Positions 56,806 through 64,000 of a stretch of 64,000 nucleotides of DNA are shown here, in pieces (position 1 is the first letter of the stretch; every line of letters starts with the position of its first letter). Origin of the DNA: an uncultured Thermococci archaeon (lineage in GTDB: Archaea; CAYQAE01; CAYVLA01); NCBI GenBank assembly GCA_964549615.1, contig CAZJVP010000020.1:192001-256000 (forward strand). The letters run 5' to 3'. The notes beneath the pieces are model-generated. The model worked only from the letters and a program-made list of their open reading frames with translations. It did no database searches and was not told where the DNA came from. Both the position numbers and the translations under genes were made by a program.

Positions 56806-57384
56806 CTACAGGATCTTCAGAAGTCTCAGCCCGAATATTATTGAGAACTCGGAGAAACCCCAGGCCCCGATGGTCTCGGGTATGGCCGCCCCCAAATGCG
56901 GGATCTTCCCGACGAGCGTCGCGGAGACCAGCCCCAGCGAAATAACGGCGAGAAGAAGGACCCCCCATGGACGCGTTGGCTGCTTCAGAAGCTGGTCGAA
57001 AGCGACTATCAGGATGCCGAAGGTGGAAAGCGTGAAGAATGCCATGGACACCGCGTTGTGGGGAGATGTTCCCCCCGGGAAGACCCCGACGAGAATCAGG
57101 CTAAAGAACCCCGCAACGAAGACGAGAATGCCAATGATCCCTATCTTTCCGTTGACCAGCCGTGGCACCCCGAAGGAGAACAGTATCCCCATCGACCCTG
57201 TCAGCACCATGCCGACGTTGTAAACGATGTGATGCGGGGTCTTCAGGGCCCCAAGGTAGCTCAATGCATAGTCGGGGAAGTTGAACTCCGGGTGCATCAT
57301 GATCGCGGCGCCGATGAAGATGAGCGCCACTACAGGCGCCAGGATTCCGCAAAGGCCGAAGAGCTTGATCCAGATCTCCTGCAA
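56806..57384 (-). CDS. DUF998-family membrane protein
   Basis: P.F.....ALS.LG, .N.G....G, L.GVFP, PH..VS..FF, AIPE; about 6 TM. Confidence 0.78.
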   Translation of the reverse strand: MQEIWIKLFGLCGILAPVVALIFIGAAIMMHPEFNFPDYALSYLGALKTPHHIVYNVGMVLTGSMGILFSFGVPRLVNGKIGIIGILVFVAGFFSLILVGVFPGGTSPHNAVSMAFFTLSTFGILIVAFDQLLKQPTRPWGVLLLAVISLGLVSATLVGKIPHLGAAIPETIGAWGFSEFSIIFGLRLLKIL

Positions 57385-57574
57385 CCGCTATCTCCTCCCC
57401 TTCACGGCAGCGTTCCCTGTGGATAAAGGCTTCGTCGCCCGAGTTAGCCTTGATGGTCCGTCGTTCTCCAGCACACATAAGACCATTTCGAGCTGGGGGG
57501 CTGGGGTTAAGGGCTGCCTTTGTTCTGAAGGTGGAGAGGAAAGACATTTTCCCCACCCGGGCCAACGAGCAACG

Positions 57575-58696
57575 ATGCCCATGAAGATAACCGATCTGGA
57601 ACTAACGCACGTCATGCCACGATGGCTCTTTCTGAAGATACACACCGACGGGGGCGTAACCGGTTACGGCGAGCCGATCCTGGAGGGAAAGGCCCGCAGC
57701 GTCGAGGCCGCCGTCAAGGAGTTCTTCCCGTATCTGAAGGGAAAGGATCCGACAAGGATCGAGCACCATTGGCAGGCGATGTATCGCTGGAGCTTTTACA
57801 GGGGCGGCCCCATCATCATGAGCGCCATAAGCGGGATTGAGCAGGCGCTTTGGGACATCCTTGGAAAACACCTGGACCAACCAGTGTACAATTTGCTGGG
57901 CGGGCCCGTCAGGGACAGGATCAAGGTCTATGCCGGGATCGGGGGCGACAGCCCCGAAGCCTGCGCCGAGAACGCCCTGAGCCGGATACGAGATGGCTAT
58001 CAAGGACTCAAGATGGCCCCGTTCGAGGCAACGAGGATCGTCGATACACCGCACGCCGTTAAGGCTGCGGCCGAGAAGGTGAGAGCCGTACGGGAAGCAG
58101 TTGGAGACGCTGTGGACATCGGCATCGACTGCCACGGCAGGCTCAGCCCGGCAATGGCCAGGATGGCCGCAAAGGCCCTTGAGCCCTACTCACCCATGTT
58201 CCTTGAGGAGCCCTGCCTGCCCGAGAACGTTAAGGCGATGGCCGGCATAGCGCGCTCAACCTCCATACCCATCGCGACGGGCGAGAGACTGTACACTAGA
58301 TGGGGGTTCAGGGAGGTCCTCGAGAGGCAGGCCGCCTCGATACTTCAGCCCGACCTATCCCACGCCGGCGGGATACTGGAGTGCCGCGAGATCGCGTCGA
58401 TGGCAGAGGTCTACTACGCGGGCATTGCTCCCCACTGCCCCCTCGGGCCGATCGCTTTGGCCGCATCGCTGCAGCTTGACGCCTGCACGCCCAACTTCCT
58501 GATACAGGAAATCGGATCGTTGGGCGACGGGTACTTGGTAGAGCCCTTCAAGGTGACGGAGGGCTACATCGACGTGCCGAAAGGACCGGGGCTGGGGATC
58601 GAGCTTGATGAGAGTGCCGTCAAGGGCAAGGTCTATCCGGGGGACTGGCAGAACCCGCGGCTGATCCACGAAGACGGGTCGGTTGCCGACTGGTGA
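57575..58696 (+). CDS. dgoD: Galactonate dehydratase (enolase superfamily)
   Basis: PRWLFLKI.TD.G..G.GEP..EG, FYRGGPI.MSAISGIEQALWDI.GK, DCHGRLSP, EEP, ATGERL, QPDLSHAGGI, APHCPLGPI, DGSVADW. Confidence 0.9.
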   Translation: MPMKITDLELTHVMPRWLFLKIHTDGGVTGYGEPILEGKARSVEAAVKEFFPYLKGKDPTRIEHHWQAMYRWSFYRGGPIIMSAISGIEQALWDILGKHLDQPVYNLLGGPVRDRIKVYAGIGGDSPEACAENALSRIRDGYQGLKMAPFEATRIVDTPHAVKAAAEKVRAVREAVGDAVDIGIDCHGRLSPAMARMAAKALEPYSPMFLEEPCLPENVKAMAGIARSTSIPIATGERLYTRWGFREVLERQAASILQPDLSHAGGILECREIASMAEVYYAGIAPHCPLGPIALAASLQLDACTPNFLIQEIGSLGDGYLVEPFKVTEGYIDVPKGPGLGIELDESAVKGKVYPGDWQNPRLIHEDGSVADW

Positions 58697-58807
58697 TCGG
58701 GCGATGCTGGTTCCGCGTCAACGACCTTCTTGCCAGCGTCCGGCGTCGGGGCCTCGGCGGGCAAGAGTGACTGGCGAGCCATGCAAACAAGGAAAAAGGA
58801 TGAGAAG

Positions 58808-59923
58808 ATGTTGTATCGCGAATACGGAAAGACGCGCATAAGGCTGTCGGCACTGGGCTTCGGGTGCATGCGTTTCCCGATGCGCGGGGGCAACGTCAAC
58901 AGGGAACAGACAAGGAGGGTGCTCCACCGCGCCATCGACCTTGGGGTCAACTTCTTCGACACGGCCGTCATGTACTGCAACGGCCAGAGCGAGGAGGCCC
59001 TTGGGGAAGCGATCAAGGACAGGCGAGATGAACTGTACCTATCGACCAAGAACCCCTATAAGGGGGACGACCCGACGCAGTGGCGCAAGTGCCTGGACCA
59101 ATCGCTGAAACGGCTCGCCGTCGACCACATCGACTTCTACCATTTCCACGATCTCAAGCTCCAAGAGTACGAACGACACCTTCTGCCGCACGGGTCGATT
59201 GACGAGGCGATCAAGGCCAAGGAAGAGGGGCTGATCGACCACATCTGTTTCTCCTCGCACGACGAGCCGATGAACATAATGCGCCTGATCGACACCGGCC
59301 TCTTCGAGGGAATCCTCGTCCAGTACAACTTCCTTGATCGACACAACGAGGAAGCGATTGCGCACGCCCACGAAAAAGGCCTTGGAGTTACGATAATGGG
59401 GACCGTCGGCGGGGGCAGGCTGGTACCCCTGGGAGAAAGGGCGAGGCCGGAGAAGAGCCGACAGACGATCCCGGATCTGGCGATACGTTTCGTCCTCTCA
59501 AATCCAGCCGTCACCGTCGCGCTGTCCGGGATGGGAACGACGAGGATGGTTGAGGAGAACGTTGCCTCAGCAAGCAGGCCCGAGCCCCTCAGCCCGGAGG
59601 AGAACGGCCGAATACTTGAGCTAGCCAGCCAGACCAAACCGCTTCGAGGCCTGTATTGCACTGGCTGCAACTACTGTATGCCCTGTCCCTCCGGCGTCGA
59701 CATTCCGGCCAACTTCTCCGCTTACAACCTGGCAAGGGTCTGGGGTCTCAAGGAGATGGCCAAAGCTAGGTACAGGGCGCTCGGCAGGAGAAGGAGGGAT
59801 GGCAAACCCGCGCCGGCTTGGGCCGAGGCCTGCATAGAGTGCGGCACCTGCGAGGGGAAGTGTCCCCAGGATCTGCCCATCGCCGAGAAGCTGAAGCAGG
59901 TGACAGCCGATCTGTCCAGCTGA
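58808..59923 (+). CDS. Aldo/keto reductase with C-terminal 4Fe-4S dicluster domain
   Basis: LSALGFGCMRFP, GVNFFDTA..Y, LSTK, DHIDFYHFH, FSSH, CTGCNYCMPCP, CIECG.CE.KCPQ. Confidence 0.9.
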   Translation: MLYREYGKTRIRLSALGFGCMRFPMRGGNVNREQTRRVLHRAIDLGVNFFDTAVMYCNGQSEEALGEAIKDRRDELYLSTKNPYKGDDPTQWRKCLDQSLKRLAVDHIDFYHFHDLKLQEYERHLLPHGSIDEAIKAKEEGLIDHICFSSHDEPMNIMRLIDTGLFEGILVQYNFLDRHNEEAIAHAHEKGLGVTIMGTVGGGRLVPLGERARPEKSRQTIPDLAIRFVLSNPAVTVALSGMGTTRMVEENVASASRPEPLSPEENGRILELASQTKPLRGLYCTGCNYCMPCPSGVDIPANFSAYNLARVWGLKEMAKARYRALGRRRRDGKPAPAWAEACIECGTCEGKCPQDLPIAEKLKQVTADLSS

Positions 59924-60098
59924 CGGACCAGCCTCCCCGGAGCCGTCTCAAAATCCAGTGGCGAACAGAAGATCGGGATGCTCAAGACCGGCGCCGCGAG
60001 GCTCTGACGGGCGGCAATATATTTGAGGCCGTTGGATCGATGGTGGCAGGCATCTCGTTGCCCAGCAGCCCAGTGCGGTGTAGATCGGTGAGGCCTCT

Positions 60099-60884
60099 TT
60101 GGAGATCATCGTCTGCGTGAAACAGGTTCCTGAGACGACCGAGGTCCAGATAGACCCGGTCAAGGGCACCCTGATCCGCGAGGGGGTGGCTGCGACCATC
60201 AACCCCTTCGACCTGTACGCCGTAGAGGAAGCCCTCAGGCTCAAGGAGAGATACGGCGGGTCAGTCACTGCCATAAGCATGGGACCCCCGCAGGCCCAGT
60301 CGGCACTCAGGGATGTGATCGCCCTTGGGTGCGACAGGGCTGTGCTCCTTTCCGATCCGCTCTTTGCGGGCTCGGACACCCTTGCAACATCATATGCACT
60401 GGCCTGCGGCATAAGGAAGATGGGATCCTACGACCTCATCATCTGCGGGCTGAAGACCACCGACGGAGACACAGGGCAGGTCGGTCCTGGTTTGGCAGAG
60501 GAGCTCGGGATCCCTAGCGTGTGCTACGTTCGTCGGATCGTGGAGCTCGGTGACGGTTACATGGTTGTCGAAAGGACCTTGGACGATTTGTACGAGACGG
60601 TTCACACACCGATTCCCTGCCTCATCACCGTGACGAAGGAGATAAACAACCCGCGCCTTGCATCCCTCAAGGGCAAGCTGGCAGCCAGGAAGGCCGAGAT
60701 ACCAACCTGGAAGCCCCAGGACATCGGGGCCGACCCGAAGAGGCTGGGATCCGCCGGATCGCCAACATGGGTCGTCAAGGTCTTCCACCCCTCCACCCGG
60801 AGGGCGACCGAGATGCTGGAGGGCGGACCGCAATCGCAGGCCGAGCAGTTGATTGCGAAGCTTAGGCAGCGCCATGTGCTGTAG
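60099..60884 (+). CDS. etfB: Electron transfer flavoprotein subunit beta
   Basis: IIVCVKQVP, INPFD.YA.EEA, SMGPPQA, FAGSDT.AT, GDTGQVGP, PR, GSPT.V. Confidence 0.95.
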   Translation: MEIIVCVKQVPETTEVQIDPVKGTLIREGVAATINPFDLYAVEEALRLKERYGGSVTAISMGPPQAQSALRDVIALGCDRAVLLSDPLFAGSDTLATSYALACGIRKMGSYDLIICGLKTTDGDTGQVGPGLAEELGIPSVCYVRRIVELGDGYMVVERTLDDLYETVHTPIPCLITVTKEINNPRLASLKGKLAARKAEIPTWKPQDIGADPKRLGSAGSPTWVVKVFHPSTRRATEMLEGGPQSQAEQLIAKLRQRHVL

Positions 60885-60891
60885 AAGGACG

Positions 60892-62085
<1,194 letters not shown>

Positions 62086-62089
62086 TCAG

Positions 62090-63490
62090 TTGGTGGAGTA
62101 CTCAAAAGTCACCGAGGAGATCTTGGAGGAGCTCCGTCACATCGTGGGTGCACCGAACGTTGCCACGGACGCCGACAGCCTCCGCAAGTACTCGCACGAC
62201 GAAACCCCGCTGACATCCGGATCGCCGCCGGAGGTTGTCGTGAAGCCCGGCAGCACGCAAGAGGTCGCCGGCATCCTGGCTCTGGCTAACGGCCGCAACA
62301 TCCCCGTCACATTCAGGGGCCAGGGCACGGGGCTTTCCTGCGGGGCGGTCCCGCTCTTCGGCGGAATCGTGGTGAGCTTCGAGCGGATGAACAAGATCCT
62401 GGAAATCGACGAAGAGAACTTGATGGCGGTCCTGGAGGCGGGCGTGGTGCTGCTTGACTTCCGCCAGGAGGTGGAGAAGAGAGGACTCTTCTACCCCGCA
62501 GATCCCGGCGAGAGGACCTCATCCATAGGGGGCAATGTCGCGACGAACGCGGGGGGAATGAACGGAGTGAGGTACGGCAAGACCAGGGACTACGTCCTGG
62601 GCCTTGAGGTCGTGCTGCCCTCCGGCCGCATCATGATGCTCGGGGGCAAGACGGTGAAAAGGTCCATGGGCTACGAACTGATGCACCTCATCATCGGCTC
62701 GGAGGGCACGCTCGCGGCGGTCACGAAGGTAATCGTGAAGCTGATCAAGCTGCCCAAGATCTTCATGACCCTCTACGTCCCGTTCAACGACCTTCAAAGC
62801 GCGGTCACGTCCGTCTGCGAGATCCTGCGAAGCCGGATCACCCCGACCGCAGTGGAGTTCGTAGAGCGGGATGCCATACTCCTGGCAGAACAGTACCTTG
62901 AGAAGACTATGCCCCATCACGACTCCGATGCCTACCTCATCATGAGGATAGAGGGGGACAAGGAGGACGACCTTTACGCAGAGGCCGAGGCAATCTCCAA
63001 CATCTGTACCAAGAACAACGCCGTCGATGTTCTTGTGGCTGATACTCCCGACAGCCAGGCCAAGATCTGGGACATCAGGAGCCAGTTCTACGAGGCCGTC
63101 GTGAAGGCCCGTGTGGCTGAGCTGGTGGACGCGGCCGTCCCGCCCGCCAGGATCGCCCAGTTCATGAGGGCCGTGAAGGAGATCTCGAAGAAGCGCGGAA
63201 TGAGGATCATCGGCTACGGCCACGCGGGCGACGGGAACATACACCTCCATCCTCTGAAGGACGATCTCAGCCAAGAGCGATGGCAGCAGCTGCTTCCAGA
63301 GGTGATGAGGGACATCTACCGCACCGCGGTCAGCTTCGGAGGAACCGTCTCTGGCGAGCACGGCATAGGATCGGCCAAGAAACCCTACATGTCGATCGCC
63401 GTAGGTGAGACCCAGATGACGCTGATGAGGGAGATCAAGAGGCTCTTCGACCCCAACAACATACTCAACCCTGGCAAGATCTTCGATTAG
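62090..63490 (+). CDS. FAD-linked 2-hydroxyacid dehydrogenase (GlcD/LctD family)
   Basis: RGQGTGL..G..P, DPG....IGGN.ATNAGG, GSEGTL, GHAGDGN.H, SGEHGIG..K, FDP.NILNPGKIF. Confidence 0.92.
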   Translation: MVEYSKVTEEILEELRHIVGAPNVATDADSLRKYSHDETPLTSGSPPEVVVKPGSTQEVAGILALANGRNIPVTFRGQGTGLSCGAVPLFGGIVVSFERMNKILEIDEENLMAVLEAGVVLLDFRQEVEKRGLFYPADPGERTSSIGGNVATNAGGMNGVRYGKTRDYVLGLEVVLPSGRIMMLGGKTVKRSMGYELMHLIIGSEGTLAAVTKVIVKLIKLPKIFMTLYVPFNDLQSAVTSVCEILRSRITPTAVEFVERDAILLAEQYLEKTMPHHDSDAYLIMRIEGDKEDDLYAEAEAISNICTKNNAVDVLVADTPDSQAKIWDIRSQFYEAVVKARVAELVDAAVPPARIAQFMRAVKEISKKRGMRIIGYGHAGDGNIHLHPLKDDLSQERWQQLLPEVMRDIYRTAVSFGGTVSGEHGIGSAKKPYMSIAVGETQMTLMREIKRLFDPNNILNPGKIFD

Positions 63491-63576
63491 CCCGACCGGC
63501 TGCTCGTCCTACGCCTGGAACAAAGTAATGTCGTGAACCCGAGCTACCCTGCCACGAGAAGCAGCTGGGATAGGCT

Positions 63577-63925
63577 ATGGTTGACGAGCTAGATGTTCGG
63601 AGTTTCGGGGCAACTGGCGACGCCACCACGGACGATACGGCAGCAGGCGCTGGATCAGGCCGGAAGCAGGGGCGGCGCCGTGGAGAAGGCGGCAGGTCGC
63701 TACTTGGTGGGAGGAAGCTTGAGTATACCGTCCGGCGTCGCTTTAGTGGGCGTCGCGCGCGCGGCTCTGCATCGAGCCGCTCATTGGCACCCTCGTGTGC
63801 GCGACGGGCGGCCACGACGACGAGCAGGCACCAGCCCTCTTCGAGATCAACGACTCATCCACCGTGCAGGGCTTGACGGTATTCTATCCTGATCAGAGGC
63901 CCGATGACATCCACGCCTACCCGGC
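63577..63925 (+). pseudogene. Frameshifted pectate-lyase-3/GH55-like beta-helix gene remnant
   Basis: DVRSFGATGD.TTDDT (first frame), QALD.AG..GG.V....GRYL....L.IPSGV.L.G (second frame), GT...T.G......F.....STV.GLT.FYP.Q....I..YP (third frame). Frameshifts near 63643 and 63785. Confidence 0.72.
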
Positions 63926-64000
63926 ATCCGGAGCGTGTACGGGTGCGTGCTGCGTCGCGGCATCATGGTGGACGCGACGACGGACATAGGCAGAATCAAG

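Overview
GC-rich archaeal chromosomal segment. Evidence for archaeal origin: class I LysRS, Mch, an A1-U72 initiator tRNA, TATA-box promoters and bulge-helix-bulge (BHB) tRNA introns. The lineage cannot be fixed from sequence alone; a Bathyarchaeia/Brockarchaeota/Thermoproteota-like heterotroph is a guess. The window holds about 45 CDS: translation genes (cysS, lysS, two tRNA-Met genes), an ABC exporter, mch, a radical SAM enzyme, two large surface proteins, a long run of carbohydrate-active and sugar/sugar-acid catabolic genes (about 22-60 kb), glycosyltransferases with a flippase-like gene, a vapBC-type toxin-antitoxin pair, an etfB-etfA-FAD dehydrogenase operon and several decayed gene remnants. 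The standout observation is an elongator tRNA-Met(CAT) gene at 12054-12247 (minus strand). It only folds into a complete cloverleaf after removing FOUR introns: D-loop 20a/21, canonical 37/38, variable loop 45/46, and a 20-nt intron with a textbook BHB motif inside the 3' strand of the acceptor stem at 68/69. No CRISPR array, rRNA, integrase or transposase was seen. All calls are by-eye motif recognition; no database searches were run.
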